Assembly (NCBI GenBank): GCA_040375695.1
Contig: JBEIRZ010000002.1
Location: 2,056 to 66,055, forward strand
From: Planctomycetaceae bacterium
Lineage (GTDB): Bacteria > Planctomycetota > Planctomycetia > Pirellulales > Pirellulaceae
DNA length: 64,000 nucleotides
Direction of reading: 5' to 3'
Every line of letters starts with the position of its first letter. Position 1 is the stretch's first letter. The notes below the pieces were generated by a model, which saw nothing but the letters and a program-made list of their open reading frames with translations, was not told the DNA's origin and searched no databases. Position numbers and translations under genes: made by a program. Of the stretch, positions 7,997 to 17,971 are shown one piece after another.

Positions 7997-10189
7997 TCAT
8001 TTGGCACCGGAGCGATCGGGGCGATACCCTGTCGTACTACGATCACGGCGTTCTTTTTTCGAGCGCTTACCGAACCGCCGCTGTTGATCCGAGGCAGACT
8101 TCGACGCTGCCCCTTTTCCGGTCGGACGTTCGGCCTCGGCTTCGGTCTCCCCTCCCTTCTGCACCGGGGAGGAAACCCCGATCTTGTGGACAAAATCACC
8201 ACGAAATTGGTCACCCGCATCCTGTCGCCGGCGTTCGATCGCCTCTTTAGGGGGCCGAGATGGGATCAAGCTATCACAGCCGTCTCCGATCAAATCGGTC
8301 CGACCGGCCTGCCGCAGCGCCTCACGAACCTCGAAATAGTTTTCCGGTTTAAAAAACTGCATGAGGGCCCGTTGATGCTTCCGCTCCTTCAACGCCTTGG
8401 CGACATAAACCGGCTGTTTAGTGAACGGGTCCAACCCCGTGTAATACATCGTCGTGGCGACGTCCAAAGGGGCCGGAATAAAATCTTGGACGGCATCAGG
8501 TTTGTAGCCATTGCGCTTCAAGAACAGCGCCAATTCGATCATGGCATGAAGGTCGCTTCCGGGGTGCGAAGCGATGAAGTAAGGGACGATAAACTGGTGC
8601 TTTCCGACCCTGGCCGACTCGTCCCGAAAGACTTCCGTAAAATGTTCGAAGTCGTCGTTCTTGGGCTTCCGCATTTTATTGAGAACCCCGGCATCGACAT
8701 GCTCGGGAGCTACTTTCAGCTTGCCGCCAACGTGATGGGCTGCGAGTTCCCGCAAGTACTCGGGTGATGTGCGTGCCAGATCCATCCGAACCCCGCTCGC
8801 TACGAGTACTTTTTTAACGCCAGGAAGAGAACGCGACTCCCGCATCAACTCGATGACCGGTGTGTGGTCAACACCCAAGAGCTTGCAAATCTTTGGGTGC
8901 ACGCACGATTGGCGGCGACAGACCGCCTCAACATCGGGGCGTGTGCATCGCATCTGGTACATGTTCGCCGTGGGTCCGCCGATATCGCTGACCACCCCTT
9001 TGAAGTCAGGAGATTCGCTCATTTTGCGAATCTCGTTGAGCACCGATCCTTTGCTACGGGACTGGATGATCCGACCCTGATGTGCGGTGATCGAACAGAA
9101 CGTACACCCGCCGAAACACCCCCTCATGATCGTGACCGAATTTTTAATCATTTCGAAGGCGGGTATTTTCTCCTTGTACGAAGGGTGTGGCAGTCGGGTG
9201 TAAGGGAGCCCATAGATGGCATCCATTGCGGCTTCGCTAATCGGCAACTGAGGAACGTTGCAGACAACAGCCTGCGTCCCGTGCTTCTGGATGAGGGGCC
9301 GGGCGTTGAAGGGATTGGTTTCGTTGTGAATGATCCGGGTCGCCTCTGCAAAAGCGACCTTGTCGGATGCGACATCTTCGAACGACGGGAGTTGGAGGAG
9401 TGAATCAAGAACAAATTCCGGGGACTGCTCTTTGGCCCCCAAGGCATAGGCAACGCCCCGCATATTACGGAGGTCCTTGACGGACTCGCCCGCCTCCAAA
9501 CGCTTCGCGATCTCGACAATCGCGTTTTCCCCCATACCAAATCCGACAAGGTCCGCCTTACTGTCCAGCAGGATCGATCGTTTGACCTTATCGCTCCAGT
9601 AATCGTAATGGGCCAAACGCCGAAGGCTCGCTTCAACCCCGCCCGCGATCACCGGGACCCCTTTGTAGGCTTCTCTGGCTCGCTGACAATAGGCGAGCGT
9701 CGCCCGATCGGGCCTCAAGCCGATTTTGCCTCCCGGGGAATAGGCGTCGTCGTTGCGCACCTTCTTATTGGCGGTGTAGTGGTTGATCATCGAGTCCATG
9801 TTTCCCGCGCTGATCGCGAAAAACAGTCGGGGACGCCCAAACCGCCGCCAAGCTTCGCAATTGTGCCAATCGGGTTGACTGACTATCCCGACCCGGTAGC
9901 CGGCCGCTTCCAGCACTCGACCCAAGATCGCCATCGCGAAACTGGGATGATCGATGTAGGCATCGCCGGTGACAAAGACGATGTCGATTTCATCCCAACC
10001 TCGTCTCCGAGCCTCCTCGGCGCTCATCGGCAAGGGGGAGGTTGCGATCGGGCCATCCGGCTGACGGGTCGGACGGTCCATTCCCGCCGACTGTTCCCCC
10101 AGACGCGACAAAAAGTCCGCATCGGAGGCCCGTAAGATCGGCTCGGGATTGCCAAGACCAGCGTCCTTCGAAAGGATGGGCAACTGCAT
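7997..10189 (-). CDS. ygiQ: YgiQ-family (UPF0313) radical SAM protein
   Basis: The radical SAM cluster motif is RGCFGGCTFCSI. The N-terminal segment WDEIDIVFVTGDAYIDHPSF is characteristic of YgiQ. The C-terminal tail is basic and low-complexity. The true start may be an internal Met (MDRPT or MSAEEA). Confidence 0.9.
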   Translation of the reverse strand: MQLPILSKDAGLGNPEPILRASDADFLSRLGEQSAGMDRPTRQPDGPIATSPLPMSAEEARRRGWDEIDIVFVTGDAYIDHPSFAMAILGRVLEAAGYRVGIVSQPDWHNCEAWRRFGRPRLFFAISAGNMDSMINHYTANKKVRNDDAYSPGGKIGLRPDRATLAYCQRAREAYKGVPVIAGGVEASLRRLAHYDYWSDKVKRSILLDSKADLVGFGMGENAIVEIAKRLEAGESVKDLRNMRGVAYALGAKEQSPEFVLDSLLQLPSFEDVASDKVAFAEATRIIHNETNPFNARPLIQKHGTQAVVCNVPQLPISEAAMDAIYGLPYTRLPHPSYKEKIPAFEMIKNSVTIMRGCFGGCTFCSITAHQGRIIQSRSKGSVLNEIRKMSESPDFKGVVSDIGGPTANMYQMRCTRPDVEAVCRRQSCVHPKICKLLGVDHTPVIELMRESRSLPGVKKVLVASGVRMDLARTSPEYLRELAAHHVGGKLKVAPEHVDAGVLNKMRKPKNDDFEHFTEVFRDESARVGKHQFIVPYFIASHPGSDLHAMIELALFLKRNGYKPDAVQDFIPAPLDVATTMYYTGLDPFTKQPVYVAKALKERKHQRALMQFFKPENYFEVREALRQAGRTDLIGDGCDSLIPSRPPKEAIERRRQDAGDQFRGDFVHKIGVSSPVQKGGETEAEAERPTGKGAASKSASDQQRRFGKRSKKERRDRSTTGYRPDRSGAK

Positions 10190-10482
10190 AGATCAAATCC
10201 GGATGAAAGCGTTGAAACCGTCGCTCTATTCTAGAGCCGTCCACCCCAGCCAACAGCCGTTTTTTAAAGGGATTGTTGAGGTTTTGCCGCGGCCGATCGG
10301 TACGTCCCCAACCATCACCACCAACCCGCCGCCCCGTCCACCGGTCGCGGATTGCCTTGGGCATTCCCGTCTTGCCCCAAGAGTCGAAAAATTGCTACTA
10401 CCTTCCTCGTTACGAGGTTCGGCCTTAGACGGCCCCCCCAAAGACCGGTCCCAATCCCTCGATCGAGGAGCCTGGAAAAGCC

Positions 10483-13400
10483 ATGGATGGCCTCTTGTCT
10501 ACCCTCCGCAACCGCATCACCCTCTGCTTGATTTCGGCATCCGCCGCGATTCTCTGCATGCCGGAGTCTCGGGGCGAGGAAGCAGAATGGATCTGGGCGA
10601 CCGGCTCTGAAGCGGAATCGATCCCGTTAGGAGAGACGGTTTTTTTTCGAAAACTGATCAATCTTAAGGTGGCGGCGGAAGGAAAGATCGAACTTGCCGC
10701 TGATGACTCTTACGACCTTTACGTTAACGGCAAACGGGTCGGCTCCGGCAAATCGCTGAAGAGCCTCGACAGTTACGATATCTCGGACAAATTGGTGGTC
10801 GGGAGAAACATCGTCGCCGTGCGTGCACGCAACACCGCCGGAAACACGGCGGCGCTGGCGGCGAGGATCAGCATCCGCCCCGTCTCCGGGGGGCGTTGGT
10901 TCACGTTTAGCAGCGACCCTTCCTGGAAAACGACGCGCAAACAGGAGCCTACCTGGGAGACGGTCCTTTTCAACGATCAACTCTGGGGCGCCGCCAAGGC
11001 GTTCGGCAGGTTGGGCGAGACGGCCCCCTGGGACAGGGAGGCTGACGTCTCGATCGAATCCGCTGTCGAAGAATCCGCCCGCTTTGAGGCTCCGAAAAAC
11101 TTTCGTGTCCAACGGATCTTCGCCGACGATCAAGTTGGTTCGGTGATCGCGATGGCTTTCAACGAATTCGGTCACATCATCGCCTCCCAGGAAAATGGGC
11201 CGTTGTTGCTCCTGCACGATCGCGATGGCGATGGGATCCTGGACACCTCACGTACTTACTGCGAAGAGATCAAGTCGTGCCAAGGGATCCTGCCGCTCAA
11301 CGGCGAAGTTTTTGTGACCGGAGTCGGTCCGGAAGGAATAGGCCTTTATCGACTCGCCGATAAAGATCGCAACGGCAGCCTTGAGAGCATCAAGCGGATC
11401 GTGGCCTTTGAGGGGCAGGCCGGTGAGCATGGCCCGCACGCCGTCACCCTGGGGCCTGACGGCATGATTTATGTGATCATCGGTAACCACATGCAAGCGG
11501 TCGGCAAGACAGGACCGGGACAAACCTTGGTCGATTCCTATGAAGGCGATCTGGTCCCTCGTTATGAGGATCCGGGTGGTCACGCGCGGGGGATTAAAGC
11601 GCCAGCCGGCACAGTCATCCGAACCACGATCGATGGCAGCGTCGTGGAGAAGGTTGCCGGCGGACTGAGGAATGCCTACGACCTCGTATTCCATCCGGAG
11701 GGGGGCCTGTTCGTGCACGACAGCGACATGGAGTCCGACATCGAGACCTCCTGGTATCGGCCGACCGGCTTGTACGATGTCACCGAAGCGGGTGAATTTG
11801 GCTGGCGGAGCGGTTGGGCGCAATGGCCCGAATACTACATCGACCGCCTCCCGATGTCGCTCGATACCGGCCGGGGCAGCCCGACCGGCGGGGTCGTCTA
11901 CGAGCATTTCCGATTCCCCGTCCGCTATCACAATGCGATCTTCCTTGCCGACTGGTCCGAGGGGAGGATTCTCGCGGTACGGATCAAGCCTGATGGGGCC
12001 GGATTCTCGGCAGAGAGCGAAGTCTTTGTTAAGGGGAACCCCCTCAACGTCACCGATTTGGATGTCGGTCCCGATGGCGCGCTCTACTTCAGCACCGGCG
12101 GCCGCGGCACAGGTGGCGGAATTTATCGCATCGAATGGACGGGCGAAGTTCCCGAGCGGATCGGCAACCTTGGGACCGGGGTCGCCAAAGCGATTCGGCA
12201 GCCGCAAATTTATTCCGCGTGGGGCCGACAAGCGATTGCGGGTGTCAAAAATGAACTCGGCGGCCAGTGGGCAGAATTGGTCGCGGGTGTGGCCTTCAGC
12301 AATGACAATCCGTCTCACTACCGGACGCGTGCCTTGGATTTGATGCAACTCTTCGGGCCGATCCCGAGCGAGGATTTGTTGATCGAACTGGCGTCCGCCC
12401 CATCGGCGGCGGTCCGCGCGAAAGCGGTTTCGATGATGGGCTTGCACCCTGCCCCACGCAGTCGCAAGCAACTAGAGAAAATGCTAACGGACGGCGAACC
12501 CCGAGTGCGACGCGCCACCTGCGAGGCGATCCTGCGCAGCGGACAATGGCCCCAATCAACGGACGCCTTGGTAGAAATGCTGGGCGATCAGGACCGGACC
12601 CTCGCGTTCGTTGCCAGGCGGGTGCTCGAACGCATGCCCGTCGATTCCTGGAAGGCCCAGGCCCTCGGACATGAAGAGCCTCGAGTACGTATCTTGGGAT
12701 CACTGGCACTAATCAACGCCAACCCGAACGAAGCCACAGCGATCGAGGTCTTAGCGAAGTGCAGCGAATTGCTGACAGGTTTTCTGAGTGATGCCGAATT
12801 CGTCGACACCTTGAGGGTTTGCCAGGTCGCAGTCCATCGAGGCAAAGTGGCGGCGGACAAAATTCCGACGCTCAGGGACCAGATCGCCGAGGAGTTTCCG
12901 GCTGGGGATACACGGATGAATCACGAACTGATCCGGCTGGCTGCCTATCTTGATGCCGACGGCGTTGCCGAGCGGGCACTCGATTTTCTTAGCAGTGACG
13001 CCCCCCGAGCGGACCGTACCTTGGTGGCGATGTACATGCAATTCATGTCCCACCAGTGGACGGCGGTGCAAAGGTTTGAGTTGCTCAAGTACTACGAGTC
13101 GACCGCCCGTGAGTCCGAGAATGGTTCGCTCCCGCTGTACCTGATGTCGGTCACCAAAGACTTCGCCGACACATTTTCTGCGGATGACGCCGCGGCCGTC
13201 CTGGAGCAAGGGAACCAGTGGCCGAATGCGGCATTAGCCGCGATCTATCGCCTGCCGAAGCCGATCTCTGCGGAGGTGGCGGCGACATTGCGGCAACTCG
13301 ACCGACGCATCGCTAGCGAGGGCCTCTCTGGGAACGTTTACACGCGTCTGCGGACGGGCATCGTCGCCGCCCTATCGAGTATCGGAGACGAACAATCCAG

Positions 13401-14298
13401 CGAATACCTCCGAGAGTTGTGGCAACAGGAACCCGAAAGGCGGCACCTGATCGCACTCGGCTTGGCGCAGAAACCGGACGGCGAAAACTGGGATTACCTG
13501 ATTCGAAGCCTCAACGTCTTGGACGGAGAGGAAGCGATGGAAGTGATCCGAAAACTGAAGACGGTTCGGATCGCAACCGATGACCCGGGTGCCATCCGCC
13601 AAGTCATCTTGATCGGGCTCCGTGCACAAGCCGACGGCCGGACGATCGATCCGGTCGAACAACTGCTGGTGTACTGGACCGGCATGGAACGGCCGCAAGA
13701 CGCCCAGGCCTCAATGGACCTCTGGCAACGGTGGTACGCCAAGGTCTATCCCGACCGTCCTCCAGCGGAGCTCCCCAGCGGCGAAGAATCGAAGTGGGAT
13801 TTGGACGAGTTGGTCCGTTACATCGAATCGGACTCCGGCAGAAAAGGTGACCCCAAGCGAGGCCAAGAGGTCTACACAAAGGCGCAATGCGCGGCCTGCC
13901 ATCGCTTCGGCGACCTAGGCGATTCCGTCGGTCCCGATTTGACAGCCATATCGCGTCGATTCACACGCCGCGAGACCCTCGAGTCGATTCTCTACCCGGC
14001 TCACGTGATCAGCGACCAATACATGAACAAAAAGGTCCTGACGCTTGACGGAAAGGTTTACGTCGGTTTGGTCAGCGACGACGGCACGGGATCGCTCGCC
14101 ATTCGTGATTCGCGAAACCAAGTCACCTCGGTCGACGATCAAGATGTCGACCAAGTGCTTCCAAATAACAGCAGCATCATGCCGGCAGGATTGCTCGATA
14201 ATCTGAGCCTTGATGAGATCAGCGACCTGCTCGCTTACCTGGGTGTCTTGCCGGCGATCGAGGTCGCCAGCCGTGATGACCAAACGCCCGCAAAGTGA
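10483..14298 (+). CDS. Large secreted heme-binding dehydrogenase-like protein with HEAT-like repeats and a C-terminal cytochrome c domain
   Basis: A signal peptide is present. A beta-propeller-like central region (NAYDLVFHPEGGLFVHDSD, DLDVGPDGALYFSTGG) is followed by HEAT-like repeats. The C-terminus has CAACH followed by GPDLT and SIMP, typical of the Planctomycete/Verrucomicrobial heme-binding domain. Confidence 0.85.
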   Translation: MDGLLSTLRNRITLCLISASAAILCMPESRGEEAEWIWATGSEAESIPLGETVFFRKLINLKVAAEGKIELAADDSYDLYVNGKRVGSGKSLKSLDSYDISDKLVVGRNIVAVRARNTAGNTAALAARISIRPVSGGRWFTFSSDPSWKTTRKQEPTWETVLFNDQLWGAAKAFGRLGETAPWDREADVSIESAVEESARFEAPKNFRVQRIFADDQVGSVIAMAFNEFGHIIASQENGPLLLLHDRDGDGILDTSRTYCEEIKSCQGILPLNGEVFVTGVGPEGIGLYRLADKDRNGSLESIKRIVAFEGQAGEHGPHAVTLGPDGMIYVIIGNHMQAVGKTGPGQTLVDSYEGDLVPRYEDPGGHARGIKAPAGTVIRTTIDGSVVEKVAGGLRNAYDLVFHPEGGLFVHDSDMESDIETSWYRPTGLYDVTEAGEFGWRSGWAQWPEYYIDRLPMSLDTGRGSPTGGVVYEHFRFPVRYHNAIFLADWSEGRILAVRIKPDGAGFSAESEVFVKGNPLNVTDLDVGPDGALYFSTGGRGTGGGIYRIEWTGEVPERIGNLGTGVAKAIRQPQIYSAWGRQAIAGVKNELGGQWAELVAGVAFSNDNPSHYRTRALDLMQLFGPIPSEDLLIELASAPSAAVRAKAVSMMGLHPAPRSRKQLEKMLTDGEPRVRRATCEAILRSGQWPQSTDALVEMLGDQDRTLAFVARRVLERMPVDSWKAQALGHEEPRVRILGSLALINANPNEATAIEVLAKCSELLTGFLSDAEFVDTLRVCQVAVHRGKVAADKIPTLRDQIAEEFPAGDTRMNHELIRLAAYLDADGVAERALDFLSSDAPRADRTLVAMYMQFMSHQWTAVQRFELLKYYESTARESENGSLPLYLMSVTKDFADTFSADDAAAVLEQGNQWPNAALAAIYRLPKPISAEVAATLRQLDRRIASEGLSGNVYTRLRTGIVAALSSIGDEQSSEYLRELWQQEPERRHLIALGLAQKPDGENWDYLIRSLNVLDGEEAMEVIRKLKTVRIATDDPGAIRQVILIGLRAQADGRTIDPVEQLLVYWTGMERPQDAQASMDLWQRWYAKVYPDRPPAELPSGEESKWDLDELVRYIESDSGRKGDPKRGQEVYTKAQCAACHRFGDLGDSVGPDLTAISRRFTRRETLESILYPAHVISDQYMNKKVLTLDGKVYVGLVSDDGTGSLAIRDSRNQVTSVDDQDVDQVLPNNSSIMPAGLLDNLSLDEISDLLAYLGVLPAIEVASRDDQTPAK

Positions 14299-14310
14299 CC
14301 CCTACCCTGA

Positions 14311-15138
14311 ATGATACGCCCGATTCTCATCAGCGCCATCCTGGTGGCGGCGAGCGGTTGTACCACTTGGCACAACGACTCGCCGCCGCGGTCTCCCGCT
14401 TTCTCCCTACCGACCCCGAAGCGAGAGCCGGGGGCAGCGGTTCTCGACATCGCATTTGTCTCGATCGACACCCGGGCCGATATCGAGAAGCTTTGGGAAT
14501 CGATTGACCAAACCGTGATCCCGCTCGATGTCCGACAGGGGTGGGAACTTAACGGCCTAAGGATCGGCCGGGTCCAAAAGCCCATCGATTTCGACCAGCG
14601 GCTTGCCGCGATTCGCCGCAAGTCGGAGGAAAGTCATGGCGCGATGGAGGCCACTGATGTCCTTTCCGACCTGTCCCACGAAGACCGACGAATCACATGC
14701 CGGATAGGCAAACGTTACGAACTGCCCGTCCGACAACCTGCCACGGAGGACCAAAGCGTTCTGCTTCGGATCGGTGCCGACACGGTCGGCCGAACCCTCT
14801 CTCGGTCACAGCCGTTATTCGCGATCAGGGCGACAGCCGCCGACATCCACTCGATCCAACTCGCGCTCAGCCCCGCGATACAGCACGGCGAACTCAAGCA
14901 GACCTGGGTGGGCAGTGACGCTGCGCTCAGGCTTGATAACCGTCGCGAATCGTGGAACCTCGATGAATTGCTGGCGGAGACCCGACTGGACCAGGGATCG
15001 ATTTTGGTTGTCGGCAGTATCATGCCGCCGATCGGCCTGGGCCGTATGATGTTTACGGGCGTCACCGCCGAAGGTGATGAGGATCGGGTTGTGATGGTGA
15101 TTCGTGTCACCGAGTTACCCGAATTAGACTACCGATAA
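14311..15138 (+). CDS. Hypothetical lipoprotein
   Basis: The N-terminus MIRPILISAILVAASGCTTW contains a lipobox (AASGC). The gene starts 13 nt after the preceding gene. No family was recognised. Confidence 0.7.
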   Translation: MIRPILISAILVAASGCTTWHNDSPPRSPAFSLPTPKREPGAAVLDIAFVSIDTRADIEKLWESIDQTVIPLDVRQGWELNGLRIGRVQKPIDFDQRLAAIRRKSEESHGAMEATDVLSDLSHEDRRITCRIGKRYELPVRQPATEDQSVLLRIGADTVGRTLSRSQPLFAIRATAADIHSIQLALSPAIQHGELKQTWVGSDAALRLDNRRESWNLDELLAETRLDQGSILVVGSIMPPIGLGRMMFTGVTAEGDEDRVVMVIRVTELPELDYR

Positions 15139-15148
15139 TCCGGGCACC

Positions 15149-16144
15149 ATGTTCGTACTCCTAACCGGCTGTGGCGGTTTTTTGGGCCGCCGAATCGCCC
15201 TCAAACTTTTGCGACGGGGCGACCAAGTGCGAGGTTTCTCGCGCCACAGTTATCCCGACCTCTGTGCCAGCGGCATGGAGCCGTGCTTAGGAGATGTGAC
15301 TGACCCGAGCGCCCTGACAAATGCTTGTCGTGGTGTCGATGCCGTTATCCACTGCGCCGCGGTCGCCGGCATCTGGGGCGATTGGAATACGTACCATTCC
15401 GTAAATACCCTGGGCACACGACATGTCATTGATGCCTGCCGTTCGCAAAGGGTGCCGGTTTTGGTGCATTGCAGCAGCCCCAGCGTCACCTTCGACGGTT
15501 CGCATCAGTCCGGGATCGACGAGTCGGCCCCTTACCCCAAGCATCATCTTTGCCACTATTCGCACAGCAAGGCGCTGGCGGAACAGGCCGTACTCGGGGC
15601 GCATCAACCTGGAACGCTCCACACCGCAGCGCTTCGGCCACATCTCATCTGGGGCCCCGACGATCCCCATCTCTTTCCGAGGCTGATCGATCGGGCTAGG
15701 CGGGGACGCCTTAGGATCGTCGGCGACGGTAAGAACACGATCGACACGGTGCATGTCGATAACGCGGCAGCGGCTCACGTGGCGGCCCTCGACCACCTTC
15801 GCTCCGCAAAACCGGCCGGGGGAGGACGCCCTTTTTTCATCACCCAGGGCGAACCGGTAGGGTGCTGGGATTGGATCGCCAAAGTACTTGAAATCGCTGG
15901 GGTCGCTCCCCCAACGAGGCGGCTAAGCCTTAGCACGGCTTGGCACCTGGGTGCCGTCCTGGAAAAGGTTTATCGTCTCGGCGGGTTTCGCGGCGAGCCG
16001 CCGATGACAAGATTTCTCGCCGCCCAACTCGCCCGAGACCACTTTTTCGATATCACCGCTGCCAAGACCTTGTTGGGGTACGTGCCAAAAGTCACAACCG
16101 CGGATGGGTTGCACGAATTGCAACGGCATTGGCGTCACGACTAG
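15149..16144 (+). CDS. NAD(P)-dependent epimerase/dehydratase (3-beta-hydroxysteroid dehydrogenase/isomerase-like SDR)
   Basis: The Rossmann motif is LLTGCGGFLGRRI. The catalytic YxxxK is YSHSK. Length matches extended SDRs. Confidence 0.85.
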   Translation: MFVLLTGCGGFLGRRIALKLLRRGDQVRGFSRHSYPDLCASGMEPCLGDVTDPSALTNACRGVDAVIHCAAVAGIWGDWNTYHSVNTLGTRHVIDACRSQRVPVLVHCSSPSVTFDGSHQSGIDESAPYPKHHLCHYSHSKALAEQAVLGAHQPGTLHTAALRPHLIWGPDDPHLFPRLIDRARRGRLRIVGDGKNTIDTVHVDNAAAAHVAALDHLRSAKPAGGGRPFFITQGEPVGCWDWIAKVLEIAGVAPPTRRLSLSTAWHLGAVLEKVYRLGGFRGEPPMTRFLAAQLARDHFFDITAAKTLLGYVPKVTTADGLHELQRHWRHD

Positions 16145-16252
16145 TCGGGGCGAAGCCACCCGCCTGTCCGGTGCCGAGGGGTCACGTATCGAGCTTCGCC
16201 GATCCGTTTGGTACAACGATCGGGATCCATTGTCCTCACGCCCTAGGTTTTC

Positions 16253-17098
16253 TTGATGAACTCGGCCCACCCACACGCGCCGTCACGATCGGCCGCCCCT
16301 CCCCCGAACTCGCTCACCCCCGAACAGGGGCTGCATTGTGGGCATTACTTCTATCGATTCGGTAGCCGGCAAGCAGCGGCTACCGGACAGGCGGAGTTCA
16401 TCGCCGCGCTAACGCCCCCCGAGGAGATTCGTCCCGAGCGGATGCAAGGCTACATCGTCACCGGCCACAAGGCGGATTTCTGCGTGATGGTGATGGACGC
16501 CGACCCGCTAAAGGTCAACTCGGTACATCAAGAAATACTGGCCGGGCCGCTAGGAGACCTGATCGAGCCGACTTGGTCATTCATTTCGGTCAGCGAGGTT
16601 AGCGAGTACGTGCCGACGGAGGAGCAGTTTCGGCAAAACCTTATCGCCGAAGGGCTGGAAGCGGGATCGGCGGAACTCGAATCCAGAGTCAAGGCGTATG
16701 TCGACCGGCTCCCGATCATGAATCACCAGCGGCTTCGCCCCGAGTTTCCCGAATGGCCGGCCGCTTGCTTTTATCCCATGAATAAAAGCCGTGTCGTCGG
16801 GGCCAATTGGTTCACCACCCCATTTTCCCTCCGCCGAGAATTGATGGCCGAACATGCCCGTAGCGGGATCGCCTTCGCCGGCCGCGTTAGCCAAGTCATC
16901 ACGGTCGGTGTGGGTTTAGACGACTGGGAATGGATGGTCACCCTTTGGGCCAGGAATCCCCAGTACTTGAAAGACATCGTTTACCGGATGCGGTTCGATG
17001 AGGCGAGCGCTAAGTACGCCGAATTCGGCCCCTTCTATACGGGTTATCGGGCGACAGCTCAAGAAATTCTCAAGCACTGCCGGATGGACCGATCATGA
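16253..17098 (+). CDS. Chlorite dismutase-family protein (HemQ/ChdC-like)
   Basis: The ORF shows the overall Cld-family pattern (HYFYRF..., ...FYPMNKSR...WF..., ...RNPQYLKDIVYRMRFDEASAKYAEFGPFYTG). Assignment to coproheme decarboxylase rather than another Cld clade is not resolved. Confidence 0.75.
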   Translation: MMNSAHPHAPSRSAAPPPNSLTPEQGLHCGHYFYRFGSRQAAATGQAEFIAALTPPEEIRPERMQGYIVTGHKADFCVMVMDADPLKVNSVHQEILAGPLGDLIEPTWSFISVSEVSEYVPTEEQFRQNLIAEGLEAGSAELESRVKAYVDRLPIMNHQRLRPEFPEWPAACFYPMNKSRVVGANWFTTPFSLRRELMAEHARSGIAFAGRVSQVITVGVGLDDWEWMVTLWARNPQYLKDIVYRMRFDEASAKYAEFGPFYTGYRATAQEILKHCRMDRS

Positions 17099-17922
17099 AA
17101 TCCGCGATCACCATCAGCTTGGTCGAAGAAGCCCGGGGAGGCCCATTCGTTTTCTCGGATGATCTCTCTAGGGCGATCGGTAAAGCGGCAAAACTCGGCT
17201 TCGATGCGGTCGAAATTTTTCCCCCATCCGCCTCCGCTTTGAACCGCGACGATCTGTCTCGACTCCTCTCCGATCACGGGATCAAGCTGGCAGCGATCGG
17301 CACCGGCGCGGGCTGGCTACGGCATCGACTTAGCCTAGCTGACCCCGATCCGTCGACACGCCGCAACGCCGCGGAATTCATTTGTGAGATCGTTGAGATT
17401 GCGGCTTCGCTTGGCGCCAGCGCGATCATCGGCTCGATGCAAGGACGATGGGGCGCAGATGTTTCTCGCGAACAAGCGCGCGACTATCTCCTGGAAGGAT
17501 TGGCGACATGCTCTGGGGTAGCGAAGGCCCAGGGGGTCGCGCTGCTTTACGAACCTCTCAACCGATATGAGACGAACCAAGCTTGCACGCTGGGCCAAGC
17601 GGCGAGCCTGCTCGAGGGGTTGGGCGAGAACCATCCGGTCAGACTGTTGGCAGACCTCTTTCACATGGGGATCGAGGAATCGGACGTCGCCGGCGCGATT
17701 CGAGCCCAGGGCCGGATGATTGGGCATGTCCATTTTGTCGATTCAAACCGCCGTCCCCCCGGTTACGGGCATACCGACTTCGGCCCGATCATTTCTGCCC
17801 TTCGCGAAATCGGTTATACGGGCTATCTTTCCGCGGAGGCGTTACCCTACCCCGACGCGGATGCGGCCGCCCTGAAAACGATTCGGGCGATTCAATACCT
17901 GACCGACCGGCTCCCGGGATGA
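17095..17922 (+). CDS. Sugar phosphate isomerase/epimerase (xylose isomerase-like TIM barrel)
   Basis: The pattern is typical of this family: GFDAVEIF...LLYEPLNRYETN...HVHFVDSNR..PG.G..DF. The ATG overlaps the upstream stop as ATGA at 17095-17098. Confidence 0.85.
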   Translation: MKSAITISLVEEARGGPFVFSDDLSRAIGKAAKLGFDAVEIFPPSASALNRDDLSRLLSDHGIKLAAIGTGAGWLRHRLSLADPDPSTRRNAAEFICEIVEIAASLGASAIIGSMQGRWGADVSREQARDYLLEGLATCSGVAKAQGVALLYEPLNRYETNQACTLGQAASLLEGLGENHPVRLLADLFHMGIEESDVAGAIRAQGRMIGHVHFVDSNRRPPGYGHTDFGPIISALREIGYTGYLSAEALPYPDADAAALKTIRAIQYLTDRLPG

Positions 17923-17971
17923 GGCCGGGATTCTCGTACGACACTTTCGCCCCGATCACAACGGAATTCTC

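Noticed and set aside
7696-8250. Two ORFs (174 aa on the minus strand, 164 aa on the plus strand) over the ygiQ 3' end
   Set aside because: Both overlap the basic C-terminal tail of YgiQ in other frames. Both are Arg/Pro-rich with no motifs.
11248-12471. 407-aa minus-strand ORF inside the 1271-aa dehydrogenase-like gene
   Set aside because: It is antisense to a gene with clear domain signatures. Its translation is Arg/Pro/Gly-rich with no motifs.
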